This document shows positions 1-9,627 of a DNA stretch of 64,000 nucleotides, one piece after another. Position 1 is the stretch's first letter; every line of letters begins with the position of its first letter. Origin of the DNA: an uncultured Actinomycetes bacterium (lineage in GTDB: Bacteria > Actinomycetota > UBA4738 > HRBIN12); assembly GCA_963704725.1 (NCBI GenBank), contig OY969934.1, positions 704,001 through 768,000 of the forward strand. Reading direction: 5' to 3'. The notes under the pieces were generated by a model. It was not told the origin of the DNA, ran no database searches, and saw only the letters and a list, made by a program, of their open reading frames with translations. Position numbers and translations under genes: made by a program.

Positions 1-1142
1 TGATCGAGGACGTGGACGGCAACCTGTTCCTCGACCTCAACGCGGGGATCGCGGTCACGTCGACGGGGCACGCCCATCCCAAGGTGGTCGAGGCGATCCG
101 CCGGCAGGCCGGCGAGCTCCTGCACTACTCGGGAAGCGACTTCTTCCTCCCGATCTACTCGGACGTCTGCGAGGAGCTCGACCGCATCGCGCCGTTCAAG
201 GAGGACGCCCGGACCTTCCTCACGAACTCGGGGACGGAGGCCGTCGAGGGCGCCATCAAGCTGGCGCGGTACGCGACGGGACGGCAGTACGTGATCGCGA
301 TGCTGAACGCCTTCCACGGGCGCTCGTACGGGAGCGTCTCGCTCACAGCCAGCAAGGCCAAGTACCGGACGGGGTTCGGCCCGCTCCTTCCCGGCGTGTT
401 CCACACCCCGTTCGGCGACTTCGAGCACATCGAGGAGGTCCTGTTCAAGCGGCTGGTCTCGCCCTCCGAGGTCGCGGCGATCGTCGTCGAGCCGATCCTC
501 GGCGAGGGCGGTTACGTCCTGCCGCCGGACGGGTGGTTCGGGTACCTCCGGGACCTCTGCGACCGCCACGGGATCCTGCTCGTCGCCGACGAGGTGCAGT
601 GCGGGATGGGACGGACCGGCAAGATGTGGGCGATCCAGCACTTCGGCGTCGAGCCCGACATCGTGCTGGCCGGCAAGGGCATCGCGAGCGGCATGCCCCT
701 CGGCGCGATGATCGCGCGGGAGAGCCTGATGACCTGGGAGGTCGGCGCCCACGGGTCCACGTACGGCGGCAACCCGGTCTCGTGCGCGGCCGCGCTGGCC
801 ACGATCGAGCTGATCGAGGGCGGCCTGATGGACAACGCGCGGGAGGTCGGCGGCGTGCTGGTCGACGGCCTCCGCGGCATCCAGCAGCGCCATCCGCAGA
901 TCCGCGACGTCCGCGGGCTCGGGCTGATGATCGGTGTGGAGCTGTCCGACCACGACACGATGGTCGCCGTCGAGCACGCGGCGTTCCGCCGGGGACTCCT
1001 GGTGCTCGGGTGCGGGGACTCGGTGATCCGGATGGCGCCGCCGCTCGTGTTCCGCATGGATCAGACCGACACCGCGCTCCGGATCTTCGAGGAGGCGGTG
1101 TCCGAGGTCGAGACGGCGGCGGGCGGGGACACGCTGGCGTGA
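1..1142 (+). CDS. Class III PLP-dependent aminotransferase (GABA/diamine aminotransferase-like), 5'-truncated by window edge
   Basis: DGNLFLDLNAG, NSGTEAVE, FHGRS, LVADEVQCGMGRTG, PDIVLAGKGIASG (PLP Lys); frame open to window start. Confidence 0.9.
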   Translation, partial: IEDVDGNLFLDLNAGIAVTSTGHAHPKVVEAIRRQAGELLHYSGSDFFLPIYSDVCEELDRIAPFKEDARTFLTNSGTEAVEGAIKLARYATGRQYVIAMLNAFHGRSYGSVSLTASKAKYRTGFGPLLPGVFHTPFGDFEHIEEVLFKRLVSPSEVAAIVVEPILGEGGYVLPPDGWFGYLRDLCDRHGILLVADEVQCGMGRTGKMWAIQHFGVEPDIVLAGKGIASGMPLGAMIARESLMTWEVGAHGSTYGGNPVSCAAALATIELIEGGLMDNAREVGGVLVDGLRGIQQRHPQIRDVRGLGLMIGVELSDHDTMVAVEHAAFRRGLLVLGCGDSVIRMAPPLVFRMDQTDTALRIFEEAVSEVETAAGGDTLA

Positions 1143-1519
1143 CCCTCGAGCTCGATTCGCTGAGCTTCGACTGCGCGCAGCCGGTGCGGGTGGCGAGGTT
1201 CTGGGCCGCGGCCCTCGGCTTCGAGCTCGATCCCGAGTCGAACGACGAGCTGGCGTGGATCGCCGACCCGTCTTGCCGAACCCGCGGCATCTTCTTCCAG
1301 GCCGTTCCGGAGTCGAAGATCGCCAAGAACCGGCTCCACATGGATCTCCGTCCGGCCGGCTCGATGGCCGCGGAGGTCGAGCGCCTCGCCGGGCTCGGGG
1401 CGGTGACCGTGGGGCGGGTGGACGAGGGCGGGAGCTTCTGGACGGTCATGCGGGACGTCGAGGGCAACGAGTTGTGCGTCCTGCGTGGCCCCGAGGACGG
1501 CTGGACCCCCGAGCCATGA
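1139..1519 (+). CDS. VOC/glyoxalase-like protein
   Basis: GTG overlaps upstream TGA; FDC..P..VARFWAAALG, KNRLHMDL, W.VMRDVEGNELC. Confidence 0.85.
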   Translation: MTLELDSLSFDCAQPVRVARFWAAALGFELDPESNDELAWIADPSCRTRGIFFQAVPESKIAKNRLHMDLRPAGSMAAEVERLAGLGAVTVGRVDEGGSFWTVMRDVEGNELCVLRGPEDGWTPEP

Positions 1520-1529
1520 GCCCAAGGAC

Positions 1530-2444
1530 ATGAGCAAGGTCGCCACGATGCACGACGCGGTCGCGGAGCTCGTTCGCGACGGCGACACCGTGGCGATCGA
1601 GGGTTTCACTCACCTGATCTGCTTCGCCGCCGGCCACGAGATCATCCGCCAGGGCCGGCGAGACCTCACGCTGGCCCGGATGACGCCGGACGTGGTGTAC
1701 GACCAGATGATCGGCGCGGGGGTGGCGAGGAAGCTCGTCTTCAGCTGGCTGGGCAACCCCGGGGTGGGGTCGCTGCATGCGGTGCGGCGCCGGATCGAGC
1801 ACGCCGACCCCGAGCCCCTGGAGATCGAGGAGTACTCGCACTTCGGGATGGTCTGCCGCTACGTCGCGGGGGCCTCGAACCTCCCGTTCTTCCCGATCCG
1901 CTCGTACTACGAGAGCGACATCCCGAGCGTGAACCCGAACATCCTCCCCATGCGCTCGCCGTACGAGGACGGCACCGAGGTGTACGTCGTGCCGCCGCTG
2001 AAGCCCGACGTGACGATCGTCCATGCCCAGCGCGCCACGACCACCGGCGACACGCAGATCTGGGGGCTGCTGGGGTGCCAGAAGGAGGCGGCGTTCGCGG
2101 CCGAGCGTGTGATCGTCGTCTGCGAGGAGATCGTCGACGAGTCCGTCGTCCGCCGCGATCCGAACCGGACGGTGATCCCGGGGGTGGTGGTCGACGCCGT
2201 CGTCGAGCAGCCGTTCGCGTGCCATCCGAGCTACACGCAGGGGTACTACGACCGAGACAACGCCTTCTACCGGGAGTGGGAGGGCATCTCCAAGGACCCG
2301 GAGGCGCTGGACGCCTGGCTCAAGGAGTGGGTCTTCGACCTGCAGAGCCACGCCGAGTACGTGGAGAAGATGGGCGACCGGTGGGAGGGGCTCCGGCCCG
2401 GCGACCGCCCCTCGGGCGAGGTCAACTACGGGGAGTACGCGTGA
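1530..2444 (+). CDS. CoA-transferase subunit A (glutaconate/3-oxoadipate CoA-transferase family)
   Basis: VRDGDTVAIEGFTHLI, PDVTIVHAQ, PNRTVIPG, HPSY..GYYDRD; AAGGA before ATG 1530. Confidence 0.88.
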   Translation: MSKVATMHDAVAELVRDGDTVAIEGFTHLICFAAGHEIIRQGRRDLTLARMTPDVVYDQMIGAGVARKLVFSWLGNPGVGSLHAVRRRIEHADPEPLEIEEYSHFGMVCRYVAGASNLPFFPIRSYYESDIPSVNPNILPMRSPYEDGTEVYVVPPLKPDVTIVHAQRATTTGDTQIWGLLGCQKEAAFAAERVIVVCEEIVDESVVRRDPNRTVIPGVVVDAVVEQPFACHPSYTQGYYDRDNAFYREWEGISKDPEALDAWLKEWVFDLQSHAEYVEKMGDRWEGLRPGDRPSGEVNYGEYA

Positions 2445-3211
2445 GCGAGCCCGTCTACTCGAAGAACGAGATGATGATCTCGGCCAGCGCGCGGACGCTC
2501 GCCGGCGAGCGGATCTGCTTCGTCGGCGTGGGCCTGCCGAACATCGTGTGCAACCTCGCGCAGCGAACGGTCGCCCCCGAGCTCCAGCTCGTGTACGAGG
2601 CGGGGGTGTTCGGGGCCCGTCCGGCCCGCCTGCCGCTCTCGATCGGCGATCCGACGCTGGTGTCCGGATCGACCGCCGTCACGTCGATGTTCGAGCTGTT
2701 CGCGTTCTACCTCCAGGCCGGCCTGATCGACGCCGCGTTCCTCGGCGGGGCGCAGATCGACCGGTTCGGGAACCTGAACACAACCGTGATCGGCGACTAC
2801 GCCACGCCGAAGGTGCGGCTGCCGGGCTCGGGCGGCGCGTGCGAGATCGCGATCCACGCGCGACGGATCCTGGTGATCATGCGGCAGGCCCAGCGCTCGT
2901 TCGTCGACCGCCTGCACTTTCGTACGTCGCCCGGCCACTCGGGCGATCCCGCGCACGATCAGGCGCGCGGGTGGTTCGGCAGCGGGCCGACGAGCGTCGT
3001 CACCGACCTCGGCGCGTACGGGTTCGACGAGGCGACCGGGGAGATGACGCTCCTGACGCTGCACCCGGGCGTCACGCTCGAGCAGGTGCGCGAGAACATG
3101 GGATGGGACCCCAAGCTCGCGGCCAACCTCGGCGAGACGCCGCCGCCCACGGACGAGGAGCTCCGGATCATACGGACCGAGCTCGATCCCGAGGGCGTCC
3201 ACACGTCCTGA
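2441..3211 (+). CDS. CoA-transferase subunit B
   Basis: GTGA overlap; FVGVGLP, LVYEAG, FLGGAQIDRFGNLN, RLPGSGGA, LHPGVT. Confidence 0.88.
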   Translation: MSEPVYSKNEMMISASARTLAGERICFVGVGLPNIVCNLAQRTVAPELQLVYEAGVFGARPARLPLSIGDPTLVSGSTAVTSMFELFAFYLQAGLIDAAFLGGAQIDRFGNLNTTVIGDYATPKVRLPGSGGACEIAIHARRILVIMRQAQRSFVDRLHFRTSPGHSGDPAHDQARGWFGSGPTSVVTDLGAYGFDEATGEMTLLTLHPGVTLEQVRENMGWDPKLAANLGETPPPTDEELRIIRTELDPEGVHTS

Positions 3212-3232
3212 GAGGGCTGAGAGACTGACGCC

Positions 3233-3433
3233 GTGAGCGATCGCGACCGTGACCCCGAGCCCGACGGCGAGCGCCCGCCCGACCCCGACGCGGAGCCGCC
3301 CGCGCTCGACACGTCCGACGAGCCCGAGCCGGACTGGGCCGAAGGGATCCGTCGCGGTCGGCGCGAGCGAGCCGAGCGGCTCCGGTCGCTCCTCGGTCCG
3401 ACCGACGACGAGGAGGAGGGGCCGCCGGCATGA
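3233..3433 (+). CDS. Small acidic hypothetical protein
   Basis: 66-aa ORF filling the operon gap; stop overlaps the next ATG. Confidence 0.55.
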   Translation: MSDRDRDPEPDGERPPDPDAEPPALDTSDEPEPDWAEGIRRGRRERAERLRSLLGPTDDEEEGPPA

Positions 3434-4749
3434 GCCACGTGTTCCACCGGGTCCTGGGGCGCGAGCTCCCGCGGGCGGTGCGGGCCGAGGGCGTGTGGAT
3501 CGAGGACGCGGAGGGGACCCGGTACCTCGACGGCGCCGGCGGCGCGATCGTCGTCGGCGTGGGCCATGGCGACGCCTCCCTCGTCGCCGCCATGACCGAG
3601 CAGGCCTCGCGGACCCCGTACGTCCACGGCACGGTGTTCACGACGGACGCGCTCGAGGCCTACGCGGACGACGTGGCGACCGTGCTCCCGCTCGACGACC
3701 CGCGCGTCTACCCGGTGTCGGGCGGCAGCGAGGCCGTCGAGACCGCGATCAAGCTCGCACGGGCCTACCATCTCGCGCGCGGCGAGGCGTCGCGGACGAT
3801 CGTGATCGGGCGACGCGCGTCGTACCACGGCAACACCCTTGGGGCGCTCGACGCCGGCGGCAAGGAGGCGCTGAAGCGTCCTTACTCCCCGTGGCTGGGG
3901 CGCTTCCGGCAGGTCGAGGCGGCGTACGAGTACCGGTGCCCCAACCCCGCCCACCCCGCCGGCTGCGGCGCGTGGCACGCGGCCGAGCTGGAGCGCGCCA
4001 TCGAAGCCGCCGGTCCGGACGCCGTCGCGGCGTTCATCGCCGAGCCGGTCGGCGGTGCGACGCTCGCCGCGGCCGTGCCCTCCGAGGACTACTGGCCGGC
4101 CGTCGCCGACGTGTGCCGGCGCCGCGGCGTGCTCCTGATCGCCGACGAGGTCATGACCGGCTTCGGCAGGACGGGGCGGTGGTTCGGACTCGACCACTGG
4201 GGGGTACGCCCCGACATCCTCACCGCCGGGAAGGGCTCGACGAGCGGGTACTGGCCGTTCGGGTTCGCGGCCTGCAGCCGCGACGTGTTCGAGACCGTCC
4301 GTCCGAAGGGGTTCGTCCACGGGTTCACGTGGTCGCACAACGGCGTCGGCGCCGCCGTGGCCCACGCCACGCTGCGCCGGCTCCGAGAGGGAGACCTCGT
4401 CGAGGCCAGCGCCCGGACCGGCGAGCGCCTCCTCAAGGAGCTGTCCTCGGCGCTCGGCGAGGATCCGATCGTCGGCGACGTCCGCGGCATCGGGTTGATG
4501 ATCGGCGTCGAGCTGGTCGCCGACCGGTCGACGAAGGCTCCGTTCCCGCGCGCCGACCAGGTCACCGAGCGCGTCGTCGCCGCCGCGCGCGAGCTCGGCC
4601 TCCTCCTGTACTCGAGCACCGGCCACGTCGACGGCGCCGACGGGGACCTCGTGATGCTCGGCCCGCCGTTCGTGATCTCGGACGCCGAGTGCGACCTGGT
4701 GGTCGAGCGGACCGCGGCCGCGATCGCCCGGGTCTCGAGCCCGAGGTAG
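3430..4749 (+). CDS. Class III aminotransferase (BioA/omega-amino acid type)
   Basis: YLDGAGGA, SGGSEAVE, SYHGNT, LIADEVMTGFGRTG, PDILTAGKG, HGFTW. Confidence 0.9.
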   Translation: MSHVFHRVLGRELPRAVRAEGVWIEDAEGTRYLDGAGGAIVVGVGHGDASLVAAMTEQASRTPYVHGTVFTTDALEAYADDVATVLPLDDPRVYPVSGGSEAVETAIKLARAYHLARGEASRTIVIGRRASYHGNTLGALDAGGKEALKRPYSPWLGRFRQVEAAYEYRCPNPAHPAGCGAWHAAELERAIEAAGPDAVAAFIAEPVGGATLAAAVPSEDYWPAVADVCRRRGVLLIADEVMTGFGRTGRWFGLDHWGVRPDILTAGKGSTSGYWPFGFAACSRDVFETVRPKGFVHGFTWSHNGVGAAVAHATLRRLREGDLVEASARTGERLLKELSSALGEDPIVGDVRGIGLMIGVELVADRSTKAPFPRADQVTERVVAAARELGLLLYSSTGHVDGADGDLVMLGPPFVISDAECDLVVERTAAAIARVSSPR

Positions 4750-4751
4750 CC

Positions 4752-5900
4752 GTGGGCGGAACCGCCGGCCTCGTGCTGTGCCCGGACGCCCGCCTGTACG
4801 ACCACGGCGCCGAGCATCCTCTCCGCCCCCAGCGCGTGCTCTTCACGTGGGACCTCATCACGGCGTGCGGTCTGCTCGACGCTCCCGGCGTCTCCACGAT
4901 CGACTCCCGTCCGGCCGACGACGACGAGCTCCGGCTCGTCCACGCGGACGACTTCATCGACGCCACCCGGCGGGCCGGTCACGGCGAGGCGGGGGAGTGG
5001 TGGCGGTACGGCTACGGCCCCGGCGATAACCCGATCTTCCCGCAGATGCACGAGGCCGCGGCCGCGGTGGCCGGTTCGTCGATCTCGGCGGCCGAGGCCG
5101 TGCACACCGGCCGCGTCGCCCATGCGTTCAACGCGGCCGGGGGCCTGCACCACGCGATGCCGGCGCGCGCCTCCGGGTTCTGCGTGTACGACGACCCGGC
5201 GATCGCGATCGCGTGGCTCCTGCAGCAGGGTGTGCATCCGATCGCGTACGTCGACGTCGACGTGCACCACGGCGACGGCGTGCAGGCCGTCTTCTACGAA
5301 GACCCGCGGGTCCTCACGATCTCGCTGCACGAGTCCGGCGAGTTTCTGTTCCCGGGCAGCGGGTTCGTCACCGAGCGCGGGGCGGCCGGCGGCGAGGGCA
5401 CGAAGGTGAACGTCCCCTTCCACCCCGGCACCACGGACGAGGCGTGGCTCGCCGCGTTCGACGCGGTCGTGCCGCCGGTCCTTCGCGCGTTCGGCCCCAA
5501 GGTCCTCGTCACGCAGCTGGGCTGCGACACGCACGTCTCGGACCCGCTCGCCCACCTCCGGCTCACCACGCGCGCCTACCGCGAGACCGCCTCCCGGCTG
5601 CACGCGCTGGCGCACGAGCTCACCGGCGGACGGTGGATCGCCACCGGAGGGGGCGGCTACCAGTGGGCGTCCGTCGTTCCCCGGGCCTGGACCCTCTACT
5701 TCGCGGAGATGGGCGGCGTCGAGCTCGCCGACGACCTCCCCGAGGGATGGATCGAGACGATCGAGTTCGAGGTGCGCCGCGAGGTCCCCACGACGTTCTC
5801 GGATCCGCCCGTCGACGGCGACCGCCTCGATCCCGAGACGGAGCACGTGATCGCGTCCGTGCGCGAGACGTGCTTCCCCTTCTTCGGCCTGCAGCCATGA
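4752..5900 (+). CDS. AcuC/histone deacetylase family amidohydrolase
   Basis: HPLRPQR, GPGDNP, GGLHHA, ASGFCVYDD, DVDVHHGDG, TISLHE, GGGGY. Confidence 0.9.
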   Translation: MGGTAGLVLCPDARLYDHGAEHPLRPQRVLFTWDLITACGLLDAPGVSTIDSRPADDDELRLVHADDFIDATRRAGHGEAGEWWRYGYGPGDNPIFPQMHEAAAAVAGSSISAAEAVHTGRVAHAFNAAGGLHHAMPARASGFCVYDDPAIAIAWLLQQGVHPIAYVDVDVHHGDGVQAVFYEDPRVLTISLHESGEFLFPGSGFVTERGAAGGEGTKVNVPFHPGTTDEAWLAAFDAVVPPVLRAFGPKVLVTQLGCDTHVSDPLAHLRLTTRAYRETASRLHALAHELTGGRWIATGGGGYQWASVVPRAWTLYFAEMGGVELADDLPEGWIETIEFEVRREVPTTFSDPPVDGDRLDPETEHVIASVRETCFPFFGLQP

Positions 5901-7318
5901 GCCCCCGGCAGGCGAAGCTCGTCTGCACGCTCGGTCCCGCCACGGCCAGCCTCGACGGGGTCCGGGCGCTGGCCGAGGCCGGCACCGACGTGTTCCGGGT
6001 CAACCTCTCACACGGCGACGAGGGCTCCCACGCCGAGCTGATCCGCCTCGTGCGAGCCGTGTCCGAGGAGCGCGGGATCGACCTGGCGGTGATGGCCGAT
6101 CTCCCCGGCCCGAAGATCCGACTCGGCGAGCTCGAGGGGGGCGCCGTGCGTCTCGAGCAGGGCTCCCGGTTCGTGCTCGGCGCGGCGGACGATCCCGGCA
6201 CGGCGGCCGGAGCGAGCACCACGTATGCGGGGATGGCCGGAGATGTCCGGCCGGGCGACCGCGTGCTGCTCGCCGACGGCGCGGTCGAGCTCGTCGTCGC
6301 GTCGATCGACGGCGCCACGGTCGTGTGCGAGGTGGCGCGGGGAGGGCGGATCCGATCGGGTGCGGGCGTGAACGTCCCAGCCGAGCGCCTCAGCCTCCCC
6401 GGCATCACCGAGCGCGACCGGACCGAGCTGGCCGAGGCCCTTGCCCTCGGCGTGGACCTGGTGGCGCAGTCGTTCGTGCGCGGCCCCGCCGATCTGATCG
6501 GCGTGCGGGCCCTGATGGGCGAGCGGTCGGCACCCATCGTGGCGAAGATCGAGACCCGGCCCGCCGTCGAGGCGATCGACGGGATCCTCGAGCAGGCCGA
6601 CGCGATCATGGTCGCGCGGGGCGACCTCGGCGTCGAGCTGCCGATGGAGGACATCCCGATCCTGCAGAAGGAGCTGCTCCGCTCGGCGAGGCGGGCCGGC
6701 CGTCCGGTGATCGTCGCCACGCAGATGCTGGAGTCGATGACGGCGTCGCCCCGGCCGACGCGCGCCGAGGCCACCGACGTCGCGAACGCGGTGCTCGACG
6801 GCGCGGACGCCATCATGCTCTCGGCCGAGACCGCGATCGGCGAGTACCCCGTCGAGGCCGCCCGGGCCGCCGTCCGCATCGCCGAGGTGGCCGAGGATCG
6901 AGGCGCTGAGTTCCGGGCCGAGCCCGAGCCCTGCCGCCATCGCGACGAGGCCGCCGCGGTGGCCCACGCCGCGGCGCGGATCGCGGCCGACGATCCCGAC
7001 GTCGTGGCGATCGCCTGTTACACGGGATCGGGCCGCACGGCCGCGCTTCTGTCGGCCGAGCGCCCCCGCGTGCCGGTCTACGCGTTCGCGCCCGACGTCG
7101 ACGTCCGGCGTCGCCTCGGCCTCCGATGGGGCGTGCGCGCGCTCCCCGCGGCCGAGCCCACGGACACCGACCAGATGATCGCGTTCATGGACGAGGGCCT
7201 GCGCGCCGGCGGTTTCGCGCGCGAGGGGGACGCGCTCGTCATGACGGCCTCCTCCCCGGCCGGACGAACGCGGACGAACATGCTCAAGGTCCACCACGCC
7301 GGCGCGGCCGTGCGCTGA
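5897..7318 (+). CDS. pyk: Pyruvate kinase
   Basis: KLVCTLGPA, RVNLSHG, DLPGPKIR, AKIE, IMVARGDLGVE, ATQMLESM, PTRAE, MLSAETA. Confidence 0.95.
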   Translation: MSPRQAKLVCTLGPATASLDGVRALAEAGTDVFRVNLSHGDEGSHAELIRLVRAVSEERGIDLAVMADLPGPKIRLGELEGGAVRLEQGSRFVLGAADDPGTAAGASTTYAGMAGDVRPGDRVLLADGAVELVVASIDGATVVCEVARGGRIRSGAGVNVPAERLSLPGITERDRTELAEALALGVDLVAQSFVRGPADLIGVRALMGERSAPIVAKIETRPAVEAIDGILEQADAIMVARGDLGVELPMEDIPILQKELLRSARRAGRPVIVATQMLESMTASPRPTRAEATDVANAVLDGADAIMLSAETAIGEYPVEAARAAVRIAEVAEDRGAEFRAEPEPCRHRDEAAAVAHAAARIAADDPDVVAIACYTGSGRTAALLSAERPRVPVYAFAPDVDVRRRLGLRWGVRALPAAEPTDTDQMIAFMDEGLRAGGFAREGDALVMTASSPAGRTRTNMLKVHHAGAAVR

Positions 7319-7321
7319 AGG

Positions 7322-7358
7322 TCTGAGTCGTACTCAGAGATGAGTCTGTTACACTCAT
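7322..7358 (+). promoter_or_regulatory. Twin palindromic operators and leaderless promoter of the vapBC operon
   Basis: TCTGAGT-n3-ACTCAGA (7322-7338) and ATGAGT-n7-ACTCAT (7340-7358); -10-like TACACT 7350-7355, 6 nt before GTG 7362. Confidence 0.65.
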
Positions 7359-7361
7359 GAG

Positions 7362-7613
7362 GTGAGTAAGCGACTTCAGGTGCTCCTCGGGGACGACGAG
7401 CTCGCCGAGTTCCGGGAGGCAGCGGCCAGGCAAGGCCTGACGCTCTCGGAGTGGGCTCGCCAAACTCTGCGGCGAGCCCGGGCCGAGCAGCCACGCGGCG
7501 ACCGCGCCGCGAAGCTCGCCGCGGTGCGGGCGGCGTCCCGTCACGCTTTCCCGACGGCGGAGATCGAGACGATGCTTGAGGAGATCGAGCGGGGCTACGG
7601 CGCCGCACGATGA
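7362..7613 (+). CDS. RHH/CopG-type antitoxin (VapB-like)
   Basis: SKRLQVLL..E....AA.R.GLTLSEW.R; overlaps the PIN gene. Confidence 0.8.
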   Translation: MSKRLQVLLGDDELAEFREAAARQGLTLSEWARQTLRRARAEQPRGDRAAKLAAVRAASRHAFPTAEIETMLEEIERGYGAAR

Positions 7614-8005
7614 TTCTCGTCGACTCCAACGTGCCGATGTACCTCGTCGGCGCGGAGCATCCTCACAAAGCGGATGCCCAGCGACTGCTCGACGACCTGA
7701 TCGCCCGCGAGGAACGCCTCGTCACGGACGCCGAAGTCCTCCAGGAGATCCTGCATCGCTACACGGCTATCAGGCGGCTGGACGCGATCCAGCCGGCCTT
7801 CGACGCGGTGCTGGACCTCGTGGACGAGGTGCTTCCCATCGGGCTCGAGGAGGCCGAGGAAGCGAAGCGGATCGTGCTCGGCCGATACGGTCTCTCTGCG
7901 CGCGATGCCATACATGTCGCCACGATGCGTTCACATGAGATCCGTCGCATCCTGAGCTTCGACACAGCGTTCGACAGATTCCCCGGCATCGAACGGATCG
8001 CATAG
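7610..8005 (+). CDS. vapC: VapC family PIN-domain toxin
   Basis: [32 protein letters not shown]. Confidence 0.9.
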   Translation: MILVDSNVPMYLVGAEHPHKADAQRLLDDLIAREERLVTDAEVLQEILHRYTAIRRLDAIQPAFDAVLDLVDEVLPIGLEEAEEAKRIVLGRYGLSARDAIHVATMRSHEIRRILSFDTAFDRFPGIERIA

Positions 8006-8021
8006 GGACTGCTCTGAGGGG

Positions 8022-8266
8022 TGGTCTTGCCCGGCTTTCTTGGAGTCCGATAACCGCATTCCTCATGCCACGACCGTCAGTTGCCGTGAGCCTCGAACCA
8101 TGTCGAGATGAGCATCCCGAGCGCGCTGTGACGCCGCTGCCGGTTGTGGAAGACCTCGAGGTACTCGAAGATCGCGTTCGCGAGCTCGACCCGGGTTCGC
8201 CAGGTCTGCCGGTCGAGCAGCTCAACCTGCATCGGCGACCAGAACGACTCGATCATGGCGTTGCCC
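8022..8266 (-). mobile_element. IS3-family transposase remnant (C-terminal integrase-core fragment) with probable terminal inverted repeat
   Basis: Minus strand 8266-8077 reads GNAMIESFWSPMQVELLDRQTWRTRVELANAIFEYLEVFHNRQRRHSALG, preceded by an in-frame TAG; IR-like TGGTCTTGCCCGGCTTTCTTGGAGTC at 8022-8047. Confidence 0.8.
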
Positions 8267-8396
8267 TAGCAGTGGCCTCGTGACCTGAAATGGATGTCAC
8301 TCCTCTTGAACCGGTCAGGATCCGCCGTCGTGCCGCGGTACGAGCGGCTGGATCAGAGTTTGGCCGCCGCCTCCAGCGTTCCGCGGCTGAGCCCGG

Positions 8397-8858
8397 TCAG
8401 CGCTCGGATTCCCGCAACATCGCCAGGGCACGCTCGAGGCGGCGGGCGCGCGTGTCCGGGCGCTGGGCCTCGGCGATCGAGACTGCGAGCTCGCGGCGCC
8501 GCGTGAACGAGAGGGCGTCGAACCGTTCGCGCGCCGCCCGGTCCGCGCGCAGCGTCGCGGCCAGATCGTCGGGGACCTCCACCTCGCGCGGTTGCTCGTC
8601 GTTCGAGACGACGACGTGCAGGGTGTCGCCGACCGAGGCGCCGGCGGCGGACATCACGGCCTTCGTCACGCCGAGCATCATCCGTCCGCCCATCGAGACG
8701 ATGGATCCGCGATAGGGAGCGCCGTTGAACGTCGCAGCGACGGGGATGCGCCCCCCGCCGCCGAGCGCGGAGACCACGTCGGGGGGGATCACGACGAGAT
8801 GGCCCCCGCTCCCCCGGGCGCTCGGGACGAGCTCCGCGTCGAAGGTCGCCCTCGCCAT
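8397..8858 (-). CDS. DUF1905 + YdeI/OmpD-associated domain protein
   Basis: GRIPVAATFNG..YRGSI, VGDT..V, REVEVPDDL, FDALSFTRRRE..A.RP.TR.RR. Confidence 0.85.
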   Translation of the reverse strand: MARATFDAELVPSARGSGGHLVVIPPDVVSALGGGGRIPVAATFNGAPYRGSIVSMGGRMMLGVTKAVMSAAGASVGDTLHVVVSNDEQPREVEVPDDLAATLRADRAARERFDALSFTRRRELAVSIAEAQRPDTRARRLERALAMLRESER

Positions 8859-9047
8859 CGCTTCGAGCCTACCGCCCGGCCCGGCGCCGGGTCACGCGCC
8901 CGACGCCCCACCGGTACAGCGGCGGGGTCAACACCCGGAAGGCCTGCAGCGCAGCCACCCAGCGAGGGACGGACACCTCGGGCCGCAGGTGCGGAGTTCG
9001 TGCCGAGCGGTTCGATCGCCGGTATTCGAGCCTGACGGAGAGGCAGC

Positions 9048-9605
9048 GTGGGCAGTTCAGGGCAGCAGGCGGAGCACGACCGCGACGGCGACGGTAGCCG
9101 CAGATCCGCGCTCGCCCTCGTGAAGGAGGCGGGGCGGATCCTGACGCGCTATCTGCGCCCAGCGAGTCATCCGCGGGAGGAGACGAGGACGAGGTTCGTC
9201 CAGAGCGGGGATCTGGAGCGAGTCTTGGTTCTGATCACGCAGGCGATCGAGCTCGACCCGGATGAGCCCGCCTATCCATGGAATCTGGCCTCGTCGCTCC
9301 GTCGCCTCGATCAGCCGCAGTTCGCTCTCGCCTTCATCGAGCAGGCGATCCGCGTGGCGACCGAGGTCGGCGACTCCGAGTGGGCCGACGAGCACGTCCA
9401 CCTCGCGTGGGCCGACACGGCGCTTGCCGCTCGCCAGTTCGACGTCGCGCTCGTTGCCCTCGCTCGCGCGCGAGAGAAGACGCACGACGTCGACGTGTTG
9501 GCGGAGACCTCGCGACTCGCGGCCGCCGTCGCACACGAGAGCGGCGACGAACGGCGGGCCCAGGCACTCGCCGTCGGCGCCCGGCCGAGGGCCGAGAACG
9601 GCTGA
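9048..9605 (+). CDS. TPR-like hypothetical protein
   Basis: AIELDPDEPAYPWNLA..L..L...ALA..EQAI helical-repeat pattern; GAGAGG upstream. Confidence 0.55.
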   Translation: MGSSGQQAEHDRDGDGSRRSALALVKEAGRILTRYLRPASHPREETRTRFVQSGDLERVLVLITQAIELDPDEPAYPWNLASSLRRLDQPQFALAFIEQAIRVATEVGDSEWADEHVHLAWADTALAARQFDVALVALARAREKTHDVDVLAETSRLAAAVAHESGDERRAQALAVGARPRAENG

Positions 9606-9627
9606 CGGGGGTCAACGCGAAAGCGGG

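Noticed and set aside
3249-5900. 883-aa ORF as a fusion protein (likewise the long starts at 533, 2075, 5213 and 29652)
   Set aside because: N-terminal parts are Arg/Pro-rich off-frame overlaps; the real starts are downstream
8065-8283. Plus-strand 72-aa ORF
   Set aside because: Antisense of the IS3 fragment
8891-8906. GTCACGCGCCCGACGC as an outlying cassette site
   Set aside because: Needs two gaps and a mismatch, has no clear partner arm, and is plausible by chance at this GC
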